A DNA stretch of 62,922 bases, counting the filler, from Klebsormidium nitens (Eukaryota > Plantae > Klebsormidiophyceae): the NCBI GenBank assembly GCA_000708835.1. It is 5 parts of 5 records of this genome, joined end to end, with 100 filler letters (N's around TTAATTAATTAA, not from the genome) between each part and the next. Parts side by side here need not be neighbours in the genome. Positions count along the whole stretch, not along the records: positions 7,873 to 38,305 come from DF237785.1; 4 more parts are not named here. One strand, given 5' to 3'. The notes beneath the pieces were generated by a model, which saw only the letters and a program-made list of their open reading frames with translations, ran no database searches and was not told the DNA's origin. Positions 11,538 to 22,315 of this stretch are shown piece after piece. The translations under genes and the position numbers were made by a program. How positions within the stretch are numbered: position 1 is the first letter of the stretch; every line of letters starts with the position of its first letter.

Positions 11538-11849
11538 TCAACGTAAGGCAAACCAGCTACTGTCGGGGATGATCTTCTCACCGATCAGAATCACTCCCGC
11601 CACGACGGCGCCAATGACTAGTAATTCCTCCGATGACATTGCGCCACCATAGACAGGCACGCTGTGTACGATAAAGGCCGTGAACGCTCCATAGATGGCA
11701 TAGCGCGCCAGCACAAAGAGGGCGGTCCTGAGGTCACACAACGTGCGGCCAGAGAAGTACTCATCTTCCTGGTAGTTTTCTTGCTGGTCCTCGTAGCCCT
11801 CGTACTGGCTTGGTTGCGGGACTTCCATTAACACAATGATAGTATCCAA
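11538..11849 (-). CDS. Small two-TM membrane protein
   Basis: Acidic N-terminus followed by two hydrophobic segments. Confidence 0.55.
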   Translation of the reverse strand: MDTIIVLMEVPQPSQYEGYEDQQENYQEDEYFSGRTLCDLRTALFVLARYAIYGAFTAFIVHSVPVYGGAMSSEELLVIGAVVAGVILIGEKIIPDSSWFALR

Positions 11850-11914
11850 GAGAAAAAAATCGGGCCTTGGTGCGGGCGAGGGCAGGCCTTTTCTTTCTCT
11901 GCGACCTTCAGAAC

Positions 11915-12391
11915 ATGGCCGAAGACAAGCAGCTGTACTTGGACGAAGATCCCATAAAAGTTCCTGGCATTCACTACAGCGTCATCAGCTTCCTTACGCC
12001 GAAGGGCCCGCAAAAGTGCGATACCTTTGGTGTAAAGATCCGTGGATCGTTTGATACCTATGACCAGGCCAACGCGCATGCCCAGAGGCTGGCAAAGGTC
12101 GACCCGGCCTTTGACATTTACGTCGTTGACTGCTACCGATGGCTCACTGCAGCTCCAGACCCTAACCTGCTCGACAAGAAGGTGTACAACAACCCCACGT
12201 TGAACACACTCATGGAGTCGTATCAGCAAGAGCAAGAACGGGCAAAGCAGCTCTTTGAGGAGCGCAAGGCCAAGGTGATGGCGGAGGGCCTCGAGGCGGT
12301 GGAGGAGACCTTGGAGAGCCCGGACCCTGAGCGCGAAACGAATAATGCTGATGAAGAGAAAGACAAAGCGGATGGCAGCTCTGCCTCTTGA
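11915..12391 (+). CDS. Conserved NCLDV protein (DUF5832-like)
   Basis: YLDEDP..PG..Y..ISFL.P and GVKIRGSFDT...A..HA.RL..VDP.FDIYV....WL, followed by LN.LM..Y coiled coil. Confidence 0.72.
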   Translation: MAEDKQLYLDEDPIKVPGIHYSVISFLTPKGPQKCDTFGVKIRGSFDTYDQANAHAQRLAKVDPAFDIYVVDCYRWLTAAPDPNLLDKKVYNNPTLNTLMESYQQEQERAKQLFEERKAKVMAEGLEAVEETLESPDPERETNNADEEKDKADGSSAS

Positions 12392-12398
12392 TCTTGAC

Positions 12399-12797
12399 AT
12401 GGCGAACCCCAGGGTCGTGGCGTCCCTCCTGCTGGTCGGTGGGCTCATCATCTTCCTGAGCCCTCTCATCAACGTGTTGCAGCTCTTTGGCGTGCTGCTC
12501 GTCCTCGGGGGCGTCCTAATCTACACGACCGGCAGCCTCCGGGTGGTGCGGGGAGCCCGCGCCCGCCTGCAGGCGCTGCCTGAGCGGATGGACGCGGCTA
12601 CTGCGGCCTTGAGGGCGGCAGACTCTGCCACGCAGGCGGCCAAGGCTGCAGCCCCAAAGAATACCGTGCAGTATCTGCCAACCTTGGACATGTTCTTTGC
12701 TGGCAACAGCGTTGGTGCCTACGTTTCTGACAATATGTTCAAGCTTAACGATCCTCACCCGGCAGAGCGCCTGGGGCCTTCAATAGCTAGAGCTTAA
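12399..12797 (+). CDS. Membrane-anchored hypothetical protein
   Basis: Two N-terminal hydrophobic helices followed by an Ala-rich coil. Confidence 0.55.
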   Translation: MANPRVVASLLLVGGLIIFLSPLINVLQLFGVLLVLGGVLIYTTGSLRVVRGARARLQALPERMDAATAALRAADSATQAAKAAAPKNTVQYLPTLDMFFAGNSVGAYVSDNMFKLNDPHPAERLGPSIARA

Positions 12798-13092
12798 TCA
12801 CACGCAAGACAACAGCCTGCTTCTGAGAGAACCCAATCAAACTGATCAGAAAAGGCTCAAGTCTGGAAAATGCGACATGCAATGGCAAACGAAGAATCAA
12901 GATGACCGTAAATGAAAACGCATCTATCCCCGACTTCTTATTAAAAATGCAAATTGACCCTGTGAGCGACGTTATAGGGGCAATTTGCATGGGAGCATCT
13001 TGCGAGAGGGCTTCTTAGTCCTGTGACGATGCCTTCGGCTCATGTACCTTCAAAGGACTGAGTTAGGGCTTAGGGTGACGCGTCCAGTGGAG

Positions 13093-14647
13093 ATGGCAAC
13101 TATTTTCATGGCATCTGCTATGGCGTCCCTGAGAGCCACAATTTGAGCTCGCAGAGTGTGGCTTTTCTGGGATTCCTGTCAACATCACACTCAAGAACGG
13201 TAAGAAGGTCAGCTCGTTCCCGCGGTCCTATGCCCACCTGACCACAGTTGAGAGCTGGAAGCAGCATATTGATGGCATGATCGCCTCGCACGGGCGCAAC
13301 TGCAACAGCATCGCAGTCTTGACGGGCATCAGCGATTGCTATGTCCTGGATATTGACACAACATCCGACTCCACAAAGCAGGCTGGAATGGAACTTTGGA
13401 ATCGGCTGGTGTTCGAGCACGGGGAGCCGAACACGCTCCGCGCAAAGACAGGGAGCGGAGGTCTTCATTTCTACTTTTCGGTCTCCCAAACGCCCCGCCT
13501 GAAGCGGACCCGCAACTTCTCTGGGGTCAAGGTGGACGGCCATACCTACGGCATAGACGGGAGAGGGAAGGGAGGTGTCATCTTCTGCCCTCCCAGCTCC
13601 TACACGGACGAGCACGGCACCCGTTACAGCTACTTTTGGGAGCACGGGGAGCCGCGGCTCGGCTGCAACGGCATGCCGGACTGGCTGACCGATCTGGTCA
13701 ACGCCCAGGGTGGGGCCGCGCTTCCCGACCCGGACGAAGCACCCGGCGAACTTCAGGCCCTTCCCCTCCAGGCCGGCCCGAGCGCCCTGCAGCTGCCAGT
13801 AGACCGTTCCATTGTCCCACGTGGAGAGCCGGCTCACTACGATCTTGCATCCGCCCCCAACGCGCTGATTGTGAGCGGCATCCGAGAATTGCTGTTCGAG
13901 AAGGCGGGTGACAGGACGAGCCGCTGCAGCAGCACGCTGGACCATGGCCCGTTTGGCACCTTCTACTGCTTCCGGGTCAGCGGCCCCCGCATCTGCTTCC
14001 TCGGCCAGCAGCACGATGGAGCAAACAACTTCAACGTCCTCAAGCAGGGCAAGCGGCTGCTCTATCGGTGTCACGGCACCATCTGCAGCCACGAGAAGGT
14101 CAGGCCGCTGGGCAACCTGCCTCTTGAGGTTGCACTGATGGACGCAAGCTCGGAAGCAGTGGACGATGCAAGCGATGACTCCGTCTTCAACTTCCGGACA
14201 ATGTCCTCCAACAACCAGGCGCTCCTCCTCCGGCTGCTGGCGGAGAAGATACGGGAGAACTACACGGGGTTGGGCCAGGTCTTTGCCTACGTCTACGCCA
14301 AGGAGGGGCGCATCCTCGTGACAGACCCCAAGAGGACCTTCTACTTTTGGGACAGCAAGCAGTGGATGCGGGACGACGGCGGGAAGGTCCAGAGCACCTT
14401 TTGCGTGCAGATGGCCAGGCTGCTCAGGTGGTACGACCGGCAGCGTGATGCCCTCCTCAAGCGGAAACTCATCGAGGTGGGCGCGTGCCAAGAGGACGAG
14501 CCCATGAGCTCGGTGATCGCGGCCGCGCGGAGGAGCGACGCAAGGGTCAAGAAGGCAGAGGCCCATGTGGAAGAGGAGCTGCCACGCAACAAGGTCAACG
14601 TCAGCAACCCAAAGGAGGCGCGCAGCTGCGCTGTCTGGACTTATTGA
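13093..14647 (+). pseudogene. Bifunctional Prim-Pol / D5-type primase, frameshifted near 13141 and truncated before the SF3 helicase
   Basis: IAVLTG....YVLDID, T.SGGLHFYF, IDGRGKGGVIFCPPS, PDWL and D5_N-like FYFWD.KQW..D motifs. An extra A in ACAATTT disconnects the ATGs at 13093-13120 from the frame ...FELAECGFSGIPV. Confidence 0.8.
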
Positions 14648-16303
14648 GGCGTGCATGCACACAGTTGACGAGGCCATCAAGATCACAGAGAAGGCAACTG
14701 CGACAGGGTCTGACGTTCGCTCGGAGTGTCCACCGTTCGACCAGAGCAAATTGGACAAGGTGAGAATAACCGCTCCTTCTCTGCTTGTTGTCATGTGAAT
14801 CACAGCACAATCCACAGAAAGCCCGCATATGCTGTCCTGTCCCTAGATTGACACACTGGAAAAGCAGTAAAGAAACAGAAAATCCCCAAGCGGTGGGCGC
14901 TTCTGCTTAGAAGCAAGTGATGAATTGCGGTCAAGATCTCGCCTTGTTGTTTCAGGTCCTCATGGTGGGCGGATCCAGCAGAGTGTTGCCGGTCCAGTCC
15001 AGCCTGCGGAAGGTTTTCGGCGAGAAGGTGGAGGTCTTGGACCGACCAGAGGAGGCCGTTGCGAGGGGAGCTGCTCTGATGGCGTCCATCTCGGAAGCCA
15101 GGCAGTGAGGACAAAATGAGCACGCCGTGTACGCGATGAGCATCGCAGAGTCGCTTCCGATCGGCATCGGTTTCAGGGTCTACGACGTCACAACTGGGAG
15201 ACAGTAAGTGGCATCTGTGAAGCGCAACGTCCAGGAACGTGCAACCCGAACTCGAGCAGCTGTGGATCTGCGAGTGAGGTTGCAAGCTCTCAATGCAAGT
15301 ATGTACGCTCCTCAAACCACAGGCTAACCCGCTGTTCTTGTCTGTACAGCCGCATGGAGATTGTTCTGCCAGCTGGGACACCTTTTGGACGGACGAAGAG
15401 CAATGACAACTGCTACGTCAAGGAAACAAGCTTCGAGTTCACAGTCCTTCCGGGCAACCGGGATGACTACGACGGCCTTGACGAGTGCATTGTGGTGAAG
15501 CAGTTCCAAGTCAAGAGGCCCAAGTGGAAGAAAGGGGGCAAGCGCATCTTCCTGCACATCGAGTTCCACGTCATGATGGACGGAGGTCTGAGCGTCAGGA
15601 TTGAGCCTCCCAACAAGGACGATGCGTGAGTAACCAGACTCATATCGAGTTGCTGCCTGTGCACTTGAATGAGGGGTTGTCTAGGTGGGCAGGCGTGGTT
15701 GCGACTCAGGGCTACTTGCTGCCAGGAATACGTACAAACAGGCAATCTGGCTTCTCGTCGAATTGTGCAATTGCAGGTAAGAGACCTAACACCTGGCAAA
15801 CACACCGCATGCCTGTCTCCTCTTGCAGACAGGAGTGCGAGGTGCAGCAGGAGGACCTTCACTCTCGGGACGAGCAGGCGCGGAGGGAGCTCGAGGCGCT
15901 CGGCCATCGCCACAGGGAAGAGCAGGAGAGGCTGAGGGCCATCGAGTACTTTTACCAGCTCCTCGTGGCAGGCTACCAGGCACTGAGGAGGGTCGTCGAG
16001 GGAGTTGGGGAGTCAGCGCTGAGACCGCCCATGCGGCACGAACTGGGAAAAATCGATGCCTTTGTGAGGGAGTCGAAGTCGCGCAAGATTGCAGACATGG
16101 ATAAAGCAGAGATGGAAGTGTACTCGGAGATGGTAAAGGACCTTCAGAGGGAGTTGACAAAGCGAAAGCGCGAGCAAGACGATGAGCAGAACAAAGGAGA
16201 ATTAGAGGATGAGGATGAGGATGAGGACGACGAGGAATATGAGGGAGAAGACGAGGACGCAGATGATGAGGACGGGATTGACGAAGAGGAGGCAGCCTTG
16301 TAA
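14630..16303 (+). pseudogene. Spliced 3' half of an Hsp70-like gene
   Basis: Introns 14760-14955, 15204-15349 and 15626-15828 join KVLMVGGSSRV, PEEAVARGAAL, SLPIGIG, a substrate-binding-like beta region, a helical lid and an acidic tail. There is an in-frame TGA at 15106-15108. Confidence 0.72.
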
Positions 16304-16393
16304 CTTTTGGAAAGCACAAACAGCCGTGGTCTTTGTTTGAAGCTTGTAAATGTGACTTGTTGCATGTTGGCCCATTCAACTGTTTGTTGTCTG

Positions 16394-17380
16394 TCAAAGG
16401 GTTGGTGTGAAAGGCGACAGAAGAGGTTCTTTATCAAAAGTCAAACCCTCGTCCTCCTTGCGCGCCTGAAAAAACTTCCAGATATCCCTCTGAAGTTTCG
16501 GCTTGGTATCCGGCTTGAACTCCCAAACTCCATCATCGTTCTTAACAAGGTCCTTAATGGGGTCGAACGAATGCTTCACGAGAATCTGGCCTCGTGTGGC
16601 ATATTGTCGGTTATTTTTAGCACCATGCCACGAATGTCCGGCCTCACATACTACGCACCCCAGCTTTTCCCCGTTCATAGCTTGCAAGATCCGCTCCTGC
16701 CACTCTATTATGGGGCGCCGATAGCCTTCAGAAAGACCCTTTTGTATACCGTCCTCGACCTTTCCAACCATAGCGCGAGCCATGAGGCCATCAGCGCTTC
16801 CGAGAATGGCTGTCTCTAGCAGCCCGCCGCATGCATCCAACACACTCCTCCGAGCCGCCCATGCATATCCTGTATGCGACATGTTGGCCCATGGAGGTCG
16901 GAATGCGGGCTTGAACAGAGGTTCGCCGTCCCTGTAAGCGGCTGCAAAGCTCTTGTGATTCTTCATTACTTCGCCCTTTGCATCCAAGTCACGGCAAGTC
17001 TCAAAGACTTGTACCACCGGGTGCTCCTGAAGTGCCGCAATGATCCTCTCCTTTAGATCCTGGCAATAGAACGTCAGGTCATCATCGATCCAGAGCACAT
17101 ACTGAGCCTCCTTAGGCAAGCGCCTCAAGCCAATATTCAAGAGATTCTCTTTCAGGAAAAGGGCCGAATTTCCCCGAACCTGCACGTCGAGTGGTTCATC
17201 CGGCCTGGTTACGGAGAACTGCTGATCACCAATTGCACATTCCACGGTGATCAGTGGAATACCCAGAGACCTCATGTGCGCCGCAAACCTCTTGTGAACT
17301 TCTGATCGGACACGGTACCCGCACGGGTTGAACATGCACGTCACGGCAAACAGTGATGAGCTATCTTCAGGAGTAGTCAT
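16394..17380 (-). CDS. Glycosyltransferase-like protein (GT-A, DxD)
   Basis: FNP.GY..R, TVECA, KENLLNI, WIDDD, VVQVF, GYAWAARR, GSAD.LMA and HSWHG motifs. Confidence 0.6.
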   Translation of the reverse strand: MTTPEDSSSLFAVTCMFNPCGYRVRSEVHKRFAAHMRSLGIPLITVECAIGDQQFSVTRPDEPLDVQVRGNSALFLKENLLNIGLRRLPKEAQYVLWIDDDLTFYCQDLKERIIAALQEHPVVQVFETCRDLDAKGEVMKNHKSFAAAYRDGEPLFKPAFRPPWANMSHTGYAWAARRSVLDACGGLLETAILGSADGLMARAMVGKVEDGIQKGLSEGYRRPIIEWQERILQAMNGEKLGCVVCEAGHSWHGAKNNRQYATRGQILVKHSFDPIKDLVKNDDGVWEFKPDTKPKLQRDIWKFFQARKEDEGLTFDKEPLLSPFTPTL

Positions 17381-17422
17381 GGTACAATCAAGACAGAAAT
17401 TCTGCAAGTTGAGCTTCCATAA

Positions 17423-18124
17423 TCACACCAATTCATCCTCGTCATCCGCTGGAGCAAAGCCGATGCATGGCTCGGGCACCCCAGACGCAATACTCCGTAA
17501 GACGACCAGCGAAAAATCCTCCTGAATTGCAAAGGTGAAGGACACATCAACCCCTGACTGCAGCCGCCGCTCGATGCGAAAGTTGCCCCCTTGTGCGTTC
17601 CAGTAGGGAACTCCGGCACCATTCTTGTTCCAAAGGAACGATACAAGCTTTGGATCGCTATTATATTGGGCGCCACGCATCAAGAGGCCTCCCTGGTCAA
17701 TGCTATCGTAATCGGGGCGTATTTCTGTCCCTAGAACGACTGCGTTGGAGTCCAGTAACATTGTATTCGCCATGCTGTTGCTTCCCGGATCAAAGCCATA
17801 CAGGTCTCCAGAGAGCATGAGGTCGCCATCGATGCACACTCTTGCCAGGGCACCAGGCCTGAGAATCAGGTCCTGGCCCGCTTGGCTCTCAATGAGACGC
17901 GTTCCAAGGAAAGCATTGCTAGGATCGTGGGCCAGTTGGGTCACCCCGCTGATGATGAGATCTGAAGCAACCCGAACATCTCTGCCGACATTCAATACGA
18001 TGCTGTTGTCTGTATTTACGTTGAGATCCACGTTGCTGCCGGACGCATCTCTACCACTATGCAGGTTGTTGAAGATTCCAGTGTTTGCTCGAACGGTCCC
18101 AAGATTCGCTTCGTAAACAGGCAT
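17423..18124 (-). CDS. Hypothetical beta-rich protein, possibly virion fibre/structural
   Basis: Intact 233-aa ORF rich in G/N/D/V/L with no recognisable catalytic motif. Confidence 0.5.
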   Translation of the reverse strand: MPVYEANLGTVRANTGIFNNLHSGRDASGSNVDLNVNTDNSIVLNVGRDVRVASDLIISGVTQLAHDPSNAFLGTRLIESQAGQDLILRPGALARVCIDGDLMLSGDLYGFDPGSNSMANTMLLDSNAVVLGTEIRPDYDSIDQGGLLMRGAQYNSDPKLVSFLWNKNGAGVPYWNAQGGNFRIERRLQSGVDVSFTFAIQEDFSLVVLRSIASGVPEPCIGFAPADDEDELV

Positions 18125-18165
18125 GTCTTACATCAAACGCGCAAAAATGGGAGGTGTCACAGCTA

Positions 18166-19104
18166 CTATGTTGCACGAAGCTGATGCCTAAACATCTCCT
18201 CACACTGTCCTGCGCGATGCCTATCACGGTCCTTCCTTGCACGGTGCAACGAGCAATATGCGACGACCCAGCAAGCAGTGCAGCGCCTGAAGACGGTGTT
18301 CCTGGGTGCCCTTCGCCCGCAGCTGCCGTTGTTGCACGACTTTTGCTCGTACCAAAAGTTGTTCAACCGGAGAGCCCTATGCGCCGCTTCAGCTACGAGC
18401 GCCCAATGCCGCCGCTGCTCTACAGTTGCTGTTGCCCCCGGCATGCTCTTTCGCGACTCTTCAGCGAGGAAAACGGCCGGGAGGAACGAGCTGGAGGGTT
18501 GGTAGGTCTCGCGTCTGATGATAGGGGCAAGAAGCGGGCCGATCTCGTGGAAGTCCTCGGCCTCTGCCAGTTTCCGGACCTTGGTACCCAGCTGCCGGTC
18601 TTTCTGGAAGCCCCAGCCGTTCCGGATGCGCATGGACAGCTCGATCGCTGCTGGCTCGTACCCCAGCGCGGCAGCCCTGTACAGTAGCTCATTGGCCCCG
18701 CGGTGACAGACATCAAGCTTGTCGCCTCCGCTGCCGTTCGTTAGGGTGATTGCACACTCGTACAGTGCAGGAGCATGGCCCTGTTCAGCAGCCTTCACGA
18801 GCAGGTCTGCCCCGATGCCGTGCTCATTTGTGGAGTAGAAGCGCAGCATGCCGCTCACGTACAGGGCGTCCATGGACCCAGCGTTCCTTATCTTGCTCAG
18901 GAAGTCGAGCGCACGGGGCTCAGTGAGAACCCTCTGCACCAGCATGAGGCCAGCGCCCGCACTTTTGAGAACCTCTTTCATATTGGCAGCAGAGTGGAAG
19001 CTCTTTGAGACACACGCTGCACTGCATAGGTCTTGGGGCCTGTCGGCCGTTTTAGAGAGGCGCTGGAGGATCTCGAGAAGCAACTCCTGTGGCAGAGTCT
19101 CCAT
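18166..19104 (-). CDS. F-box + SEL1-like repeats + MYND zinc finger protein (plant At1g67340-type architecture)
   Basis: LPQELLLEIL..DLCSAACVSKSF (F-box), ALYVSGMLRFY..LLVKAA..GH..ALY (SEL1), CNNGSCGR..FRRCTAC..VAYCS (MYND-like). Intronless. Confidence 0.8.
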   Translation of the reverse strand: METLPQELLLEILQRLSKTADRPQDLCSAACVSKSFHSAANMKEVLKSAGAGLMLVQRVLTEPRALDFLSKIRNAGSMDALYVSGMLRFYSTNEHGIGADLLVKAAEQGHAPALYECAITLTNGSGGDKLDVCHRGANELLYRAAALGYEPAAIELSMRIRNGWGFQKDRQLGTKVRKLAEAEDFHEIGPLLAPIIRRETYQPSSSFLPAVFLAEESRKSMPGATATVEQRRHWALVAEAAHRALRLNNFWYEQKSCNNGSCGRRAPRNTVFRRCTACWVVAYCSLHRARKDRDRHRAGQCEEMFRHQLRAT

Positions 19105-19305
19105 TTTCTGAGATGTTTGAAATGAGCCCTGCAATTGGAATCCTGGATTCAAAGGGCTCAACAGAGGTGGCGGGACATGGCAAAGGATTGGACGCTGCTG
19201 CCAGATGCTGCCATGTCTTCCCACTCCTCACCAAAGCATACCAGAAAGCACGTTCACTTAGGGCGAAGGATTCCCTTCATTCACAGCAACTGCAAGTCGG
19301 AGGAT

Positions 19306-20493
19306 ATGGATCAGAGCGCACCTGCATCTGTTACTCGTAGGCGGCGCCTTTGCCTCTGCAAAACAGCACGGCCTTGCTTCGGATATCAAGGATACAAGCC
19401 CTCCCGTTGTCTGAAATGTAAGGTCGAGGGCATGGTCGATGTCAGGAACAAGAGATGTGCATGCAAACGAGGGCGACCAAACTTTGGGCTTCAAGGCGAG
19501 AGGCCGACCCGTTGCTTTCACTGCAAGCTGGACGGGATGATTGATCTCACGCATACTAAGTGCAATTGTGGAAACAGTCGACCAAGTTTCGGATTCGAAG
19601 AGGGCCAACCCACCCACTGTGCACGCTGCAAGGCCGAGAAAATGGTCGACCTCGTTCACAAGAAGTGCTTTTGTGGACAACGGGTGCCTAGCTTCGGTTT
19701 CAAGTGGAGACGCCCTACCCGTTGTGGCAAATGCAGAACACCAGACATGGTCAACGTCGTTAACAGAAGGTGCTTCTGCCAGAGGGGGATTCCAAGCTTT
19801 GGCCTCAAAGACGGCTTACCCACCCATTGTGCGGAGTGTAAAACTGAGGCCATGGAGGACGTCGTACACAAGAAGTGCCTCAATGGTTGCGGCACGATTG
19901 TGAAGAACCGCAACAAGGGCTATTGCCTTCGCTGCTTTGTATTCCTTTACCCCGACGAGAAGGTTTCTCGGAACTACAAGATCAAGGAGAAGCAGTTCGT
20001 CGACTACATCAAGGCAGCTGGCGTTCTCCCGGATACGGCGGAAGTCACCTTCGACAAGAGGCTCCAGGGTGGGTGCTCGCCACGGAGGCCGGACATCTTT
20101 GTCGATGTGTATAGCCACACCGTGCACTCGGAATGCGACGAGGGTCAGCACTCTGTGGGCAACTACTCCTGCGACAACAAAAGGCTCATGGAGCTTTTTC
20201 AGGATGCCGGCAACCGGCCTCAGGTGCAGCTGCGGTTCAATCCAGACAGCTTCACGTCAGCCGATGGCACAAAGCACCCGAGCTGCTTCAAGTACAACAA
20301 GACAGGGCTGCCCGTCATTAGAGACCAGACCACATGGGAAGCGAGGATGAACGTGTACCTCGAACGCCTGAAGCACCACCTTACGCACGTGCCTGACCAA
20401 GAAGTGACGGTCGAGCACCTGTTCTATGATGGGTTTGACTATCGCTCAGAGGACATGTCAGGCAAAGCTGGACGGAAGCGCAAGCGTACGTAA
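19306..20493 (+). CDS. EsV-1-7 Cys-repeat protein with C-terminal PD-(D/E)xK-type endonuclease
   Basis: Six ~35-aa repeats (C.CG..RP.FG.....PT.C..CK...MVD), then RRPDIF..ECDE.QH..LRFNPD and a basic tail GRKRKRT. Confidence 0.8.
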   Translation: MDQSAPASVTRRRRLCLCKTARPCFGYQGYKPSRCLKCKVEGMVDVRNKRCACKRGRPNFGLQGERPTRCFHCKLDGMIDLTHTKCNCGNSRPSFGFEEGQPTHCARCKAEKMVDLVHKKCFCGQRVPSFGFKWRRPTRCGKCRTPDMVNVVNRRCFCQRGIPSFGLKDGLPTHCAECKTEAMEDVVHKKCLNGCGTIVKNRNKGYCLRCFVFLYPDEKVSRNYKIKEKQFVDYIKAAGVLPDTAEVTFDKRLQGGCSPRRPDIFVDVYSHTVHSECDEGQHSVGNYSCDNKRLMELFQDAGNRPQVQLRFNPDSFTSADGTKHPSCFKYNKTGLPVIRDQTTWEARMNVYLERLKHHLTHVPDQEVTVEHLFYDGFDYRSEDMSGKAGRKRKRT

Positions 20494-20552
20494 TTGACTT
20501 AAGGCCTCCTGCACCGCGTAGTCTGTTTGCTGATAAAAGAACAGTTGTAGAT

Positions 20553-20963
20553 ATGGAATTCGACCGCGGAGGATTCATCTACGCCGGAAGACCCGTTAGT
20601 TCTCCAGTCATGAAGGTTGGCATGACAACCCACAGAGATCCAGAGTCCTACATCAGGCGTAGGTACGCGGGCCTCGCATGTCTTGAGAACTTGATGTCCG
20701 TCTCAGATGCTCCAAATGCCGAACGACTTGTTCATCATAAGCTCATCCCGTATAAATACACAATATCCACCTCAAGGGAGCTCTTCGTCAATACCCCACC
20801 ATCAGACGAGATCCAGAAGCTATTTGAGTGGGCTGCAGCCCTCGTCAACCACCCTGACAAGCTACGAGAGTATGCCAGCATCCACAACATTACACCGGAA
20901 GGCGACAGTGCAAAACGCTGGGTCAGAACAAAGCATGCGACCTATGATTCAGATGATGACTGA
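20553..20963 (+). CDS. T5orf172 (GIY-YIG-like) domain protein
   Basis: GFIY..KVGMT..AERLVH.KL..RELF. Confidence 0.75.
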   Translation: MEFDRGGFIYAGRPVSSPVMKVGMTTHRDPESYIRRRYAGLACLENLMSVSDAPNAERLVHHKLIPYKYTISTSRELFVNTPPSDEIQKLFEWAAALVNHPDKLREYASIHNITPEGDSAKRWVRTKHATYDSDDD

Positions 20964-20971
20964 TGGATGGG

Positions 20972-22288
20972 TCAGCCCATGAACAGAGGTCTAATTTGAT
21001 CCAGACTCTGTTGCAACACATTATAAAGCTCAAAGAAGATGTGAACCGTACAGCCATCGGTGACAACTTCAGGATCCAACGTTAGCTCCAGAAAGTTCCG
21101 GGTTAATGAAAAATCAAACGCACCTGTTGGCTGATCGACAAAAGGGCTCTCATAGCCTCCTTCAGCGGGTGCCCAGGAAAACAAGGGCAACCGCTTGGCA
21201 GAGTAGGGGACGTCTGCAGGCCGCAGTGCGAAGGAGTGCGAGTACACACCCGGCATGCTTGCAGCTCCATAAAAGTACGGCTACACCAGCTCACTATACT
21301 TGCCGTCAGCTCTCTCACCAGTGTCTTGATTCACGGGGCCTCTAGACATGAGATCGTAGCCCTCCAGAATGAGCCGCGAGGAGAGCACACTGTTTGGCAA
21401 AATCTGATTGGGGTCATCAGATGCTGTCACAAGCCACAGCAGCCGCCTCACAGACTTGTTGCATGTGAGTTCAATCCGCTGGACAGGCAAATCTGCATCA
21501 ACAGCGTGGTCCTGGTGAAGATTCTGCTGAAAGAGAGACTTTGAGGGGCCTGAACGGATGAGGGCAAAAGCAACCTTTGGATCAAGCCAAACATTGTCAG
21601 TGAGAATTGAGATGCGGGGCTGCAGCCTGACGTCTGGTGGGGGCTGGATTATTGAGCTGAGCGGGCTCAACTTTAGCTTGATGATGGCCTCTGCTGTGAT
21701 GAGGCTCGCCAGAGGGAACCCATTGCTGACCTGAGCCCTTGCAAACCAGAATGGTATTGGAACATGCACCAGCTTGTGGGTTGTGGCCTCACCATCTTGA
21801 ATTTCCGCCTCACTGTCCAGCATACCAGGAACTGTCACACCATTGAGCATGTCGCCAAACCTTGAGTACTCACTGTGTGCATCTGACATGACAGCTTTAA
21901 GGAGCATGTGCAGGCCGGTCATCCGGTCGAGTTCAACACCCGCAACTGAAATAGACAACTCATCAATCAGCCTGTACCCCAGGTCACTCACATAGGGATA
22001 AGCACTGTCCAACTGGGGCAACTCAACTTCCAACGTCATGCCCACAATAAGATCACCAGAGTGTTTGAGCGAGCATGTGAAGACGGGTTGCACGTCAGCG
22101 TTGCTGAACACTGGTTGAGGCTCATTGAACTCATTCACAACAGGGTCCTTGGCAAAGGCGTCGTAAGTCCGCCAAGACGGTTGACCAGTGGCGAAAAAGG
22201 AATGAGTTGGCGAAACAATTGTATGTACATCCTGGGCACCCTTGGCCAGCAGTTGAACATAGGTTCCCAAGCTAGTCGTTGCTTCCAT
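20972..22288 (-). pseudogene. Major-capsid-protein-like gene (double jelly-roll) with in-frame TAG at 21281-21283
   Basis: VQLLAKGAQD..FF, GDLI, LI..LSISVAG..LD, VPIPFWF, FPLASL, ELV*PY, GVYSHSFALRP, QPTG.FDFS and YNVL. The two ORFs are in the same frame, about 438 codons in total. Confidence 0.8.
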
Positions 22289-22315
22289 ACCCTATCAAAG
22301 TGTCAGTTCCTTTTT

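Noticed and set aside
13118-14815. 565-aa minus-strand ORF and other long antisense ORFs over GC-rich genes and repeats
   Set aside because: These are shadow frames of recognisable genes on the opposite strand.
21281-21283. TAG read as Gln (alternative nuclear code) in the capsid gene
   Set aside because: A32 ends in TAG and IND1 in TAA at their natural C-termini, so the standard code applies and this is a nonsense mutation.
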